This document shows positions 28,631-38,287 of a stretch of DNA of 64,000 bases, in pieces. This stretch comes from a virus. Below the pieces are notes generated by a model. That model saw only the letters and a program-made list of their open reading frames with translations. It ran no database searches and was not told where the DNA came from. The position numbers and the translations under genes are program-made. The stretch lies in IMG/VR virus record IMGVR_UViG_3300046804_004438, positions 32,001-96,000 of that record. One strand, given 5' to 3'. Positions within the stretch are counted from its first letter, which is position 1. The number at the start of each line of letters is the position of its first letter.

Positions 28631-28984
28631 TCAATCTTTAGGTTTAAAGATCTTACCTGGTAGTTTCAATTCAACTTTTTCATCTTGCAAACCAATCAAT
28701 AGATGGGCAGCAAATGATAATATACTCCAAGCACTAAATCCTACAGCTACTGAAGCTGCTATAAGATTATCTGATGATAAATTCCAGTGTAGCCACTCTA
28801 AGAGTACTGGTGCAAATACGATTGCAGCCATAACACTCAGACCTGATCTAATTGCCGCATCCCAAACATTTTGAGGTCTATAGAACGCCATAAACGACAC
28901 CCCACCTATTAGCCCACCTAGACCGGTCATCATCTTGACCATCAACGGTGTTGAAATTGGATCTGACATTAGTATTCCTGACAA
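28631..28984 (-). CDS. membrane protein, holin-like
   Basis: three hydrophobic helices, charged C-terminus. Confidence 0.5.
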   Translation of the reverse strand: MSGILMSDPISTPLMVKMMTGLGGLIGGVSFMAFYRPQNVWDAAIRSGLSVMAAIVFAPVLLEWLHWNLSSDNLIAASVAVGFSAWSILSFAAHLLIGLQDEKVELKLPGKIFKPKD

Positions 28985-29003
28985 TGTATAAAAACTAATG
29001 CTT

Positions 29004-29276
29004 TTATTTATGAATACTAATTATTGAATCATAGCGAAATGAACGCCAAGAATCCTTTTCAACATCCCAAACTGATAAAATATTATCATTTATTTTCTTT
29101 TCACGATCAGTTTTTTTCTCGTGAGGTCTTACGATATGCTCCATAAGAGTACATTTCATATCACGTTCTGATCCATCTGTCTTTGTAAACTTAACGTTGA
29201 CAATTCCAGATTGTAACATATGAACGATAGTAGATTTAGAAAGCTCCGTCACCGTGTCCACCTGCTGTCTCCTCAA
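29004..29276 (-). CDS. SH3/WYL-like small protein (DUF2693-like)
   Basis: VKFTKTDGSERDMKCTL..VWDVEKDSWRSFR. Confidence 0.7.
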   Translation of the reverse strand: MRRQQVDTVTELSKSTIVHMLQSGIVNVKFTKTDGSERDMKCTLMEHIVRPHEKKTDREKKINDNILSVWDVEKDSWRSFRYDSIISIHK

Positions 29277-29487
29277 GATAAACTTTCAACTCTTCATAAC
29301 CACCAATACGCTTACCATCAACAGCAACAATTGGAACAGTTCTTACACCCGGGAACATCTCAGTGAGTTCTGTAATACCAATATCTTCACCTACTGTAAG
29401 ATATCGATAATTAATTCCACGTTCGTTGAGTAACTGTTTTGCAGCTACACACCAATTACAATTTAGTTTACCATATACTTCAATCAT
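29236..29487 (-). CDS. glutaredoxin
   Basis: CNWC, TVP, IGGYEEL. Confidence 0.92.
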   Translation of the reverse strand: MIEVYGKLNCNWCVAAKQLLNERGINYRYLTVGEDIGITELTEMFPGVRTVPIVAVDGKRIGGYEELKVYLEETAGGHGDGAF

Positions 29488-29767
29488 TTGACATCCTTAT
29501 TCCCATGTCCTTGTCTGATCTCTTCCATGGACCAAATGCAGCAGGATGATTACCTTCAACTCTAATAAAAGGCTTGTTTGTTTCATTCTTGTTTGGGTTA
29601 GGAATAGTGACCATAGTCTTCTTTCCTCTTGCCCATTGCTTAAGCTGATTCAAAAGTTTATCAGTATAACTATGATCTTTTCTCATAGCCTTTACAGTCT
29701 CTTTTGATACACTACCATACTTACCTTTAGAAACGTATGTCTTTCTTTTCTTGGCTGCCATAATCAA
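29480..29767 (-). CDS. conserved hypothetical protein
   Basis: TIPNPNKNETNKPFIRV motif. Confidence 0.65.
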   Translation of the reverse strand: MIMAAKKRKTYVSKGKYGSVSKETVKAMRKDHSYTDKLLNQLKQWARGKKTMVTIPNPNKNETNKPFIRVEGNHPAAFGPWKRSDKDMGIRMSND

Positions 29768-29988
29768 TCATCCTCTGATACATCAATAATCTTTTTTTCA
29801 ATAACACTCATACAAGCAATACACTTAAAGTAAACCATACTTGCTTGAGGGTTTCTACCATTTAATGCAAAATTTGTGAGAACTAAGGATCTGTTACCTG
29901 AACCACATTTAGGACAATTACCTACTACTACAGGTACATTACTACCCTGTTCAGCACAGACCCTTATTTGTTCATCACTTCTTTGCAT
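29764..29988 (-). CDS. zinc-ribbon protein
   Basis: CPKC..CIAC; likely start MQRSDE. Confidence 0.55.
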   Translation of the reverse strand: MQRSDEQIRVCAEQGSNVPVVVGNCPKCGSGNRSLVLTNFALNGRNPQASMVYFKCIACMSVIEKKIIDVSEDD

Positions 29989-30220
29989 TCTTCTTTGTGT
30001 TCTTTGCTTTTGCTTTTGGTGCAGCTGCTTTTGCTTTCTTTGCTGGCTTTGATTCAGCTTTGATAGCTTCTGCAATCTTTGTTTCTACTTCTTTAAGTTC
30101 AGCTGATGCTGTTTGTACTACTGCTGCAGCTGCATTCTGTACTTTTACTTCTACTTGCTTTACTTCTTGTTTGACTTCATTGAGTCCAACACCAAAGAAT
30201 TCTTTAAGCCAATTTAACAT
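29975..30220 (-). CDS. Lys/Ala-rich hypothetical protein
   Basis: GGAG RBS; histone-like KKAKAAAPKAKAK tail. Confidence 0.6.
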   Translation of the reverse strand: MLNWLKEFFGVGLNEVKQEVKQVEVKVQNAAAAVVQTASAELKEVETKIAEAIKAESKPAKKAKAAAPKAKAKNTKKNAKK

Positions 30221-30761
30221 TTTTTAACTCCTGTTCATATCCATATTTACAAATAAAATAACTGTCAATAATATCTGAAGATGGGTTCCATTGGTTATCT
30301 GATAACCCTAGCTTCTTTTTAATATTATATCCAGTGTTTTCTTCAAACACATCCTGTAATAATTGTTTGTTGGCATTTCCTTTGCCAGTTGCAAACTTCT
30401 TAATTACAGTAGGAGGAACTATAGTATAATCATAGCACCTTCTAAACAAAAAGTGTTTAAGCAAGCCAGCATTCTCGGCTATATTAAACACCCTGCCTGT
30501 CGATCCCATCGAGTACCCTTCTATGTATACCTTAGCATCTTCAGGAATCTTATTGATTGCCCATTTGGCAATATTATAGTATCTTTGTTCATCGCTGTAA
30601 TAATCTTCATGTTGATCGCCATGAATATTATCAAAATCTACATCATATTTTTTAGTATCTGTCAGGTAATAAAAATTACACTTTGAGAAACCAAAATTTT
30701 TAGAATCACAAATACATACACAAGGAGATGACAAACTATAATCAATACCAACAATAACCAT
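30204..30761 (-). CDS. RuvC-like Holliday junction resolvase
   Basis: IVGIDYS..VYIEGY..PTVIKKFATGKGNANK..DIIDS. Confidence 0.85.
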   Translation of the reverse strand: MVIVGIDYSLSSPCVCICDSKNFGFSKCNFYYLTDTKKYDVDFDNIHGDQHEDYYSDEQRYYNIAKWAINKIPEDAKVYIEGYSMGSTGRVFNIAENAGLLKHFLFRRCYDYTIVPPTVIKKFATGKGNANKQLLQDVFEENTGYNIKKKLGLSDNQWNPSSDIIDSYFICKYGYEQELKNVKLA

Positions 30762-30770
30762 ATAAATTAA

Positions 30771-31001
30771 TTATTCATCCTCACCATAATCAAAACCATC
30801 TTCATCATCTTCATACTTATCTTCGTCTTCATCATCCCATACATATCTGCTCAAAACATTGTCAAATACATCATCTTGACCTTCGCTATCTGAAGCATCT
30901 CTTGTGCCAACAAGGTCAAACAATTTTCTATATATTTCGCCTCTTGTTGCATCTTCTCTAACAGATTCTGTTAAAACTTCAATTAGTGCATCCCAATCCA
31001 T
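30771..31001 (-). CDS. acidic hypothetical protein
   Basis: 76 aa, strongly Asp/Glu-rich. Confidence 0.6.
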   Translation of the reverse strand: MDWDALIEVLTESVREDATRGEIYRKLFDLVGTRDASDSEGQDDVFDNVLSRYVWDDEDEDKYEDDEDGFDYGEDE

Positions 31002-31176
31002 TATTATTTTCCTTTAGTTTATTGATGATCTGCTTTCTTTGATCATTAGTATATATACGCCATTGTCTAATCTGTTCTACAGTCCTACCACACCCAATAC
31101 AAATAGATGTGACAGGATCTAATTTACACACTTTTATACAGGGTGTCAGAATAGTTCGCATCCACCACCAACACAA
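30979..31176 (-). CDS. DUF1289-like Cys-rich protein
   Basis: TPCIKVCKLD..CIGCGRT..W; true start uncertain. Confidence 0.7.
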   Translation of the reverse strand: MCWWWMRTILTPCIKVCKLDPVTSICIGCGRTVEQIRQWRIYTNDQRKQIINKLKENNNGLGCTN

Positions 31177-33359
31177 GCAGCAGAACCAATTGTATCTACA
31201 TCTATATATTTGACTTCTTTTAACTCATCTTCCCACTTAATGTCTGAGATAGTCTGTTGAATCTTTTCCCACTTGTGTAGTAGATAAACATCCTTGAAGC
31301 AGTATTCTGCTTTCTTAAGATCACCATTAAAATAGTTAGTGGCAAACTTCTTGAAACGACGAATCCAATCTTTCTTAAGAGTGTTCTGATGATTATCTGC
31401 AGTAAGATCTTCACCATAACCGTTTGCAGTCATACAGGCAAGCCAAAGATTATCAAACGACTTAAGAGCCTCAACAATAAGACCAGATGCCATAATTGCA
31501 CCTGCACCGTACTTCTCAGTCAACTGAGCTGCATTCAATACCTGTGTGTTTGGTGCTTGGAAATAATCCTTATCACCCGTCATAGGAAGGAATGAAATAC
31601 CAGCAAAATAATTGCGGTTGTCATAAACATAGTTTTCAATCTCGTCCCAATTGTCGACGATAACAGTATTAGACACATTGTGGCGTATGCCAGGATGAGC
31701 ACATCTATCAATATTCGTACCTGCATTAACCCAGAACTCCTGTGCTTTCTTAATTAGATCAAGGTGCTTGATACCAATGAGATCATCCTTGAAGATTGAG
31801 CCTTCTTTAGCAACAACTGGGAATGAAACAACATAGTCAGTCTTACCTGCTGACCATGCTGACTCTTCTACCATGTTAGGATTAATTCTCTTGATTAGTT
31901 TTGCAACTTCTGTATCTTTGTTTAACTGAATGTTACGAATATACATTGGAGAGTGATCGGCATGAATACCAGATGCAGTCATGAGAAGTACTGATGCATT
32001 ACCAGATGGCTTAACGCATGTTGTACGAGCAGCAGGGTTAATACCAAGAAGCTCTGCTACTTCTTTGTTTGTTTGCTTGACAATCTCTGCACCCTTTGCA
32101 AGGATCTTTTCATCAAACAATGTTTTAGGATTGTTCATCCAGCCTGTTACAGATACACCGAGCAGTGCCTCACGGTCAAAAATTGCCTTTGATGTTTCAG
32201 AAAGAAACTTAAAGTCTGTATAACCAGCCTGTAGTGTTCCTAAGATAGAAGCAGCACGACATGCCTTATAGAATGTTTCTTCGTTATCACATTGACCACC
32301 GTTGATCTCAGTGAGATTACATCCTTGCCAACCTGACTTACCATCAATCTGAGGATACATACCAATCTCAACACATGGATTAGTTGTAATATCTTTATCA
32401 TCAACAAAGAAGAATCCTGGCTCACCATACTGCTTGATTGATGTCATTAAGGAAGCAAATTGTTCTCTTGTAATTTCATTACGAACAATAACAGCACTGT
32501 TGTTAGAACGACCGCGCTGTGGGTTATCAATATACCAACTACCAGTCTTGGCACTTGCCATCTCTTGATCGTCTGCAGAGAAAAGACAGATAGTAGCAGA
32601 ACGGCGAACGCCGCCAGCAAGCACTGCATCAGCAGCATGCATAACAATATCATAGACATGGATTGGCCTCAATGATGCGGTCTTCTCGTTAAGAGTAAGA
32701 CCTGTTAAAATATATTCAATACGATCTAGTGAACGACGAAGAGGTTCTGGACCTGGTGCCTTGAAACCTCCAGAAATCTTTGATCCTTTAGGACGAACTA
32801 GTGAAAGATCAAATGCTACCTTACGGCCTGCATATTCAGGAAATTTACCACCATTTTCAAAGAATGAAGACATAAGAACATCTAGTGCAGTTGCCCATCC
32901 TTCAATAGAATCTTCTACTGTATGAAGTTTAGGAGCCTTTGTACGATGTATTAATTTAGGAAGCTTTCCTACATGATGAGACTGAACAGAAAATCCTGCA
33001 CCAGCACCACAAAGAAGAATATAGAACACTTCACCAAAGAACTCAGGACGATCTGCATATGATGATGTACAATTATACATTCTCATCTGATGTTTGAATA
33101 GTTGCTCACCACCAAACTGTAGAGCGCGCTGTGCACCAAGTACTAGCTTCTGCTTATATGCTGCAGCAGCCTCATCCATATAACCCATTAACTTTGATGA
33201 CATCTTGTCTGCATAGAAACCAGAATGCATTTTCATAACACGGTTAACAGCTTCTGACCATGTTTCATAACGACCCTCTTCTTCTATGAAGCGAGCATAA
33301 CCTTCATAAAACTTAGCATCGGAAAGTAATTTTTTTGTATCTTTATAAGCTGCAACCAT
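31146..33359 (-). CDS. nrdJ: ribonucleotide reductase, class II (adenosylcobalamin-dependent) type
   Basis: NC, GGVRRSA, TNPCVEI, CNLTEIN, VKPSG, C-terminal ACVGGGC; no small subunit adjacent. Confidence 0.85.
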   Translation of the reverse strand: MVAAYKDTKKLLSDAKFYEGYARFIEEEGRYETWSEAVNRVMKMHSGFYADKMSSKLMGYMDEAAAAYKQKLVLGAQRALQFGGEQLFKHQMRMYNCTSSYADRPEFFGEVFYILLCGAGAGFSVQSHHVGKLPKLIHRTKAPKLHTVEDSIEGWATALDVLMSSFFENGGKFPEYAGRKVAFDLSLVRPKGSKISGGFKAPGPEPLRRSLDRIEYILTGLTLNEKTASLRPIHVYDIVMHAADAVLAGGVRRSATICLFSADDQEMASAKTGSWYIDNPQRGRSNNSAVIVRNEITREQFASLMTSIKQYGEPGFFFVDDKDITTNPCVEIGMYPQIDGKSGWQGCNLTEINGGQCDNEETFYKACRAASILGTLQAGYTDFKFLSETSKAIFDREALLGVSVTGWMNNPKTLFDEKILAKGAEIVKQTNKEVAELLGINPAARTTCVKPSGNASVLLMTASGIHADHSPMYIRNIQLNKDTEVAKLIKRINPNMVEESAWSAGKTDYVVSFPVVAKEGSIFKDDLIGIKHLDLIKKAQEFWVNAGTNIDRCAHPGIRHNVSNTVIVDNWDEIENYVYDNRNYFAGISFLPMTGDKDYFQAPNTQVLNAAQLTEKYGAGAIMASGLIVEALKSFDNLWLACMTANGYGEDLTADNHQNTLKKDWIRRFKKFATNYFNGDLKKAEYCFKDVYLLHKWEKIQQTISDIKWEDELKEVKYIDVDTIGSAACVGGGCELF

Positions 33360-33360
33360 T

Positions 33361-33519
33361 TCAGACCTCTTTTTGTTTTTCTTTTAAAATAATTTTATTA
33401 TCTTCTATAACCCATTCGAGCTCAGTCTCTCGATTCCAACCAAGCTCATTAACCATTTGTTCAGGTATCTCAATATAGAGTTCGTTATCTATATCCTGTT
33501 TTATTTCTACTATATGCAT
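33361..33519 (-). CDS. AbrB/MazE-like small protein (52 aa, absent from ORF track)
   Basis: MHIVEIKQD..LYIEIPEQMVNELGW..LEWVIEDNKIILK. Confidence 0.65.
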   Translation of the reverse strand: MHIVEIKQDIDNELYIEIPEQMVNELGWNRETELEWVIEDNKIILKEKQKEV

Positions 33520-33521
33520 AA

Positions 33522-34106
33522 TCAATCTCTACTATAAAAACCTGTATTAAACGCAAACGATATTCTATCCTCACCTGATAAATTTTGCTTCACCTCATGT
33601 TCAACCCAACTAGGAAACATAATTAAATTACTTTCGCTTGGATATATACCCAACTTTGAACTATTAAATATATTATAGTTTTTCATAATATCTGTTGGTG
33701 TGAATAATGATATTAAATTTGAAGGATGCTTTAGAACTAAACTACCAGAGTTTTCAGGAATCTTAACATAATACACACCAGAAATATATGAGTTTGGATG
33801 AATATGATTTGAATTGTAGCTGTATGGATGATTAATATTGATCCACATACTTTCTACTCTAAGGTGTAAACTATCAATAAACTCTATGCTATTTCTTATT
33901 TGCTCCAGTCTTTGATTTATTTCCTCAACTAACGGCTGTACTATCGGTTCATGGTCAATAAAGCTACTTTGCCAACCTCCCATATTAGTATACTTACGAC
34001 CATCAGTGTTTTTCATTTGCTGATATGCAAATATTTCAAGCTTGTGATTATCAACAGTAAGTTTATCGGTAACCAACAATGTTGAAAATATCGATTCCAC
34101 CTTCAC
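33522..34106 (-). CDS. 2OG-Fe(II) oxygenase (TIGR02466-like)
   Basis: GGWQS, WININ, HIHP..SGVYY, FPSWVEHEV, RISFAFN. Confidence 0.88.
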   Translation of the reverse strand: MKVESIFSTLLVTDKLTVDNHKLEIFAYQQMKNTDGRKYTNMGGWQSSFIDHEPIVQPLVEEINQRLEQIRNSIEFIDSLHLRVESMWININHPYSYNSNHIHPNSYISGVYYVKIPENSGSLVLKHPSNLISLFTPTDIMKNYNIFNSSKLGIYPSESNLIMFPSWVEHEVKQNLSGEDRISFAFNTGFYSRD

Positions 34107-35155
34107 TATACCTTACTCCACTGTTGAAGTCTCATCTTAGCAGAAAGACCAGAAAATGTATTAGAGTCAATAATAGCCTGTACAGCAGAACCGGATAGAT
34201 CCTGCTTTAAAACCATATCATTTATATCTTTGTGTTCAATAAAATCTGGCCAGATACAGACTTTGTAGCCTTGATCCACTGCTTTGGAAATCTTTTTAAC
34301 AATCTCTTTGTTTCGTGGCTCATTGTCATATACTACCGTTATCTTATCTCTATCTGTAATATTATTCAAGTTAATATCGGCTCCGGCCATTGCAATACAA
34401 TTATCTAAGAAAAGACTATCAATTGGACCTTCTACGACATAGACATTCTTGTCTTTGTTGATCGTATCTAGTCCAAATACCTTTTCTTTTGTCTCGTCTA
34501 AGATAATTGTTGAATAGCGCATGCTAGTCGATTTACTCAACGAACGTCCAGTAAACCCAAAAACATAGCCTTTGGAATCAATGAAGGGAAAAACGATGCG
34601 TGGTTCATCGAGCTTTAAAGCTTTGTCGTTGAACTTGTTTGGCACTATCGAGTTTACCCAAGTGTAGTATATATGAGAATAGTAAATTCGGTAGTGAGTG
34701 CTTGGAGGAATTTTTCGTTGCAAAACATATAGTTTTGCTGGATGATTTGCCTTCAATTGAGAAATTTTCTTTAATTCTTTGAATGGTTCAAAAGAATCAA
34801 TACGCCTGCTAGAAAATTTTTCTATAGCAGGTGTGAATATTTCGCTTATCTCTTGAACAACATTATTGCCAGATTCTTTAAGGATTTCCAGCTTATATTC
34901 TGTATATAATGATTGGTTTTGTGTCTTTACGAAGTTGGAAAGCGAAGTACTAGCGCTACAATTAAAACACTTAAAATTGATGTGACCATTGTGCTCGTAG
35001 AAATGTCCACGTGTCTTAAACCTATTACGTTGTGAATCTCCGCAAATTGGGCAACGGAACTTTGCAATATAAGGCTTAGTCTTTACTACCTTGAACTGCT
35101 CGAGCTGTGTACCAACTAGTGAAGCATACTTTTGGTCAATCCATAATGTACTCAT
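34106..35155 (-). CDS. gp61: DNA primase gp61
   Basis: RCPICGDS..CFNC zinc finger; VVEGPIDSLF; DNEPRN; KDINDM. Confidence 0.95.
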   Translation of the reverse strand: MSTLWIDQKYASLVGTQLEQFKVVKTKPYIAKFRCPICGDSQRNRFKTRGHFYEHNGHINFKCFNCSASTSLSNFVKTQNQSLYTEYKLEILKESGNNVVQEISEIFTPAIEKFSSRRIDSFEPFKELKKISQLKANHPAKLYVLQRKIPPSTHYRIYYSHIYYTWVNSIVPNKFNDKALKLDEPRIVFPFIDSKGYVFGFTGRSLSKSTSMRYSTIILDETKEKVFGLDTINKDKNVYVVEGPIDSLFLDNCIAMAGADINLNNITDRDKITVVYDNEPRNKEIVKKISKAVDQGYKVCIWPDFIEHKDINDMVLKQDLSGSAVQAIIDSNTFSGLSAKMRLQQWSKV

Positions 35156-35184
35156 TAAACTCTATCCTTTATGTGAACAGAGTT

Positions 35185-35212
35185 ATTATACAGTAACTAT
35201 TTGAGAAGACAA
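35185..35212 (-). promoter_or_regulatory. sigma70-like promoter for primase operon
   Basis: TTGTCT-N16-TATAAT. Confidence 0.55.
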
Positions 35213-35215
35213 CAA

Positions 35216-35494
35216 TTATTTTTGTTCGGATACAGTTTTTTCTGCATCATCATAAAACTGCTTTACAGCATCCATTTTTTGTTTGCATGTGATGTTGTTC
35301 TTTTGCAGTTTTAAAATTAGCGCACCGACTTGTTTATTTGTCAGAGTATCAGATTTTGGGAACTTGGTTTCTACCGGACAGTCATACATTGTATCTGGTG
35401 CCTTGACAACCTTATATTCTGGCGCAATAAGTTGTACAGCAGTCTGTGAGCAACCAGTAAGTAAAAGAGGCAATAATATAACTAATCTTTTCAT
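35216..35494 (-). CDS. outer-membrane lipoprotein, o-spanin (Rz1-like)
   Basis: signal peptide with LTGC lipobox; ATGA overlap with i-spanin. Confidence 0.7.
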   Translation of the reverse strand: MKRLVILLPLLLTGCSQTAVQLIAPEYKVVKAPDTMYDCPVETKFPKSDTLTNKQVGALILKLQKNNITCKQKMDAVKQFYDDAEKTVSEQK

Positions 35495-35895
35495 TTCTTT
35501 TTCTCACCATAAGTTGCATCTAACTGTTTAACAATACTCTTTAGATAGGGAGAAGCATCATCTGTTACAGGTTTTGCTTCTGGAGTAGCTGGTTTAGTAT
35601 CTTCTGCAGCCTGTCTTTCAATATCTTCTAGAAGTTTCTTTGCTTCTGCTTCTTTCTTTGCAGTCTCTTCTTGAATCTTAGTAGCAGTATCAGCAATAAC
35701 TTCCGTCTTCTGTTGAAACTCTTCTTGTTTCTTATTAAACAATTCTTGCTGCATAGTATTAAACTTTTCAGTAGCCTCATTCCACAAATTGTGATCATGA
35801 ACAGCAAGCCAACCAAAGAATGCAGAAGACAATAAAATAGCAATACCAATATATTGGCCAATACGATTATTTAAAAAGAAACCAATGAAAGGCAT
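35491..35895 (-). CDS. i-spanin (Rz-like)
   Basis: N-terminal TM helix then coiled coil. Confidence 0.65.
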   Translation of the reverse strand: MPFIGFFLNNRIGQYIGIAILLSSAFFGWLAVHDHNLWNEATEKFNTMQQELFNKKQEEFQQKTEVIADTATKIQEETAKKEAEAKKLLEDIERQAAEDTKPATPEAKPVTDDASPYLKSIVKQLDATYGEKKK

Positions 35896-35896
35896 A

Positions 35897-37261
35897 TCAG
35901 GGTCTTCCTAATGATAAAAATTTATCTTGTTTTGTTTTCTTGTAGTCGTTAAGTTTATCCAGATATCCAGCATTACGGAGATCTTTGAAAATAAGATTAC
36001 CAAATGCAAACTCACCTTCTTTGGCAATAGAATCACCACGCATCTTTTTAATCTTGTCTTTTAGAATGTCAATTGTATCATCACTGGAATTATCTGTGAT
36101 TAGCTTATCAATCATATCCTTGTAGAACTGTACCTTCTTTTGTAGATGATAATCATCTTCAAAATTTAGATCTAACATCTGAGGACGAGCAATCCATCTG
36201 TTCTGAATTAAGGAATACACACCCTGATTTGCATGAGGCTTTTCATCTATATCCTGAGCATATAGTTCTACAGGATATCCGTAGATTGAAATATTTGGAT
36301 GTTGTAGAGTCCAAAGAATCTTCTTATCTTGCAGATACTCATCAACAAATGCTCTGTCAGGATTGATTGATGCTCTTGACATAACTATATGAAGATCTAT
36401 ATCAGAGTTAGGTGTATAGTTGTAGTTTACATTACCACCAGTGATTACTACATCATATATTAAATCAGGGGATATCTTTGCAAATGCTACCCATGCATCA
36501 GCAATTTGTATCAACTTGTCTTTTACATCCTGCTTCAATTCACCTACCGTATCCCAGATCTTTGGATTCAATTGTTTGTGGTATTGAAGTGTAGTTTCTT
36601 CTAAAAGACTTTCTGCTACCTTATTTTGTACTGTAACAATTTCTGTAGAAGATTTATTATTCTTTTTTGTCTGAACACCAACAGTATTCTGAGAACCCTG
36701 CATAATCTGTTCAGATTGTGTCATAGCTTTTGCTCGTCTTAGCTGAACAAGAAATGGTTGTAGACTCTGTGATGATTTTTTCTGATGTTTTTTCTGAGCA
36801 GCAATAGACACACCAGGCTCTCCTTTATATGATCCAGGAGGCTGACCAAGCCCTGCTATATCTCCAGAACCTGCACTATTGATAGCAGCAGTGCCGTCTT
36901 CGTTGAGTTCTACTAACTGATCGTATATCTCGTTAAATTGTTGTTCTACAAATAATTGTAGCTGTTCGTCTGTCACATCTTCTCTGATAGGAGTAGATCT
37001 TAGAAGGAACATTGCAGCAGCAATCGTACCTAATCTTGAAGCACCACCAGGAATTTTTGAAATTAGTTTTTTCAAATTGATTACCATTACATCAAATAAA
37101 CCAAGAATTCTGGTTTCTTGAGGAGTAAATCTGCTACGAGGTTTTAGGAAATTACCTTTGTCATCAATGAGATTGTATGTATACGCAGGCATCTTATTAA
37201 AAGGTGTTGTAAGTTTTTTAATAAACTGGTATGCTAATACAGTATCAACAACGCCTGCCAT
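35897..37261 (-). CDS. virion-type N-terminal domain fused to a Pol-beta-family nucleotidyltransferase domain
   Basis: AYQFIKKLTTPF N-terminus; ITGGNVNYNYTPNSDIDLH..PVELY. Confidence 0.7.
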   Translation of the reverse strand: MAGVVDTVLAYQFIKKLTTPFNKMPAYTYNLIDDKGNFLKPRSRFTPQETRILGLFDVMVINLKKLISKIPGGASRLGTIAAAMFLLRSTPIREDVTDEQLQLFVEQQFNEIYDQLVELNEDGTAAINSAGSGDIAGLGQPPGSYKGEPGVSIAAQKKHQKKSSQSLQPFLVQLRRAKAMTQSEQIMQGSQNTVGVQTKKNNKSSTEIVTVQNKVAESLLEETTLQYHKQLNPKIWDTVGELKQDVKDKLIQIADAWVAFAKISPDLIYDVVITGGNVNYNYTPNSDIDLHIVMSRASINPDRAFVDEYLQDKKILWTLQHPNISIYGYPVELYAQDIDEKPHANQGVYSLIQNRWIARPQMLDLNFEDDYHLQKKVQFYKDMIDKLITDNSSDDTIDILKDKIKKMRGDSIAKEGEFAFGNLIFKDLRNAGYLDKLNDYKKTKQDKFLSLGRP

Positions 37262-37262
37262 T

Positions 37263-37661
37263 TTAGATTTTCCTAAGTTCTTCTAGTATTTTTTCGTCGT
37301 GGGAAATTTCTTTAGTATTTATAGTTCTGTTTTCTATGCCAACATTCTCTACTTTTTCAGGAAGAACATTCAAAAATAGCAGAAAAGATTTAATCTGTGA
37401 TTCTAGACCTTTGCATTTTAAAAACAACATCTTCACTGTTGCATGAGGTCCAAATACGTTATTGAGAATTATAATATGATTAAGAATTAGACGTTCTTTG
37501 AGGTCACCCTCTTCTATGTAACGATTTAACAATCTCTTTATATATTTTAGTCTTTTGAGATCATCATAAAATTCTACAGTATCATAACACTGTGGATTAT
37601 CATAATGTTTGGCTGCATATAAAAGAAAATTAAATTCGTCTAATTTATCCATTTTTAACAA
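37263..37661 (-). CDS. conserved T4-like hypothetical protein
   Basis: YAAKHYDNPQC..EFYDDLKR..RLILNHIIIL.NVFG. Confidence 0.75.
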   Translation of the reverse strand: MLKMDKLDEFNFLLYAAKHYDNPQCYDTVEFYDDLKRLKYIKRLLNRYIEEGDLKERLILNHIIILNNVFGPHATVKMLFLKCKGLESQIKSFLLFLNVLPEKVENVGIENRTINTKEISHDEKILEELRKI

Positions 37662-38278
37662 TTATCAAATAAAATTACATGAGCATTAAAATTAGCATTG
37701 AACGATTGATCATAAATTTCCAATCCATCACCTTCACCATATTGATCAACACTACCACTTACAATGTATAGGTAGCTTTTACCATTTGGAACAATTGTAA
37801 AGTTTTTATTAAGGTTTCCACAATATATTTTCATATTATTATTTAGAGTCAAATTTAACAACTCAAAATTTATACCTCTTTTAACTATACTATATCTTGG
37901 TTGAGGTTCTTGTTTATTAGGAATCATCCATAATTGAAGATATCTAGCGGGAGTACTTGAAATACATTTTTCAGTATGCCATATACTATCACCGCACCAC
38001 ATATGTTGAACATCACCGGGTTCAGCATATGTTACATTACCAAGATTATCAGTATGTTCTAGTTTACCCTCTACTATATAACCAAGTATATCATAATTCT
38101 TATGTTCATGGTTTGGAACCATTTTACCTGGTTGTAAAATATCATCATTAATAACTTTTAGCGATCCATAATTCATGTATTTTGGATCCCAATATGTGTT
38201 ATTACTAAAAGTTCTTCTGCTAGTGATCCATGGCCAATCTAACAAACCACGAGTGTTAGCAGGTCTATATACGATCAT
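37655..38278 (-). CDS. pirin-family (YhhW-like) cupin
   Basis: SRRTFS..LKVINDD..HEH..LEHTDNLGN..VQHM..IWHTE..LQLW. Confidence 0.88.
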   Translation of the reverse strand: MIVYRPANTRGLLDWPWITSRRTFSNNTYWDPKYMNYGSLKVINDDILQPGKMVPNHEHKNYDILGYIVEGKLEHTDNLGNVTYAEPGDVQHMWCGDSIWHTEKCISSTPARYLQLWMIPNKQEPQPRYSIVKRGINFELLNLTLNNNMKIYCGNLNKNFTIVPNGKSYLYIVSGSVDQYGEGDGLEIYDQSFNANFNAHVILFDNC

Positions 38279-38287
38279 TAATTTTTA

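Noticed and set aside
31146-33359. intron or intein in RNR (also considered for primase and thyX)
   Set aside because: ORFs are continuous and of normal length; no splice or homing-endonuclease motifs seen
33361-33519. AbrB/MazE-like gene as a toxin-antitoxin module
   Set aside because: Neighbours are RNR and an oxygenase; no toxin partner
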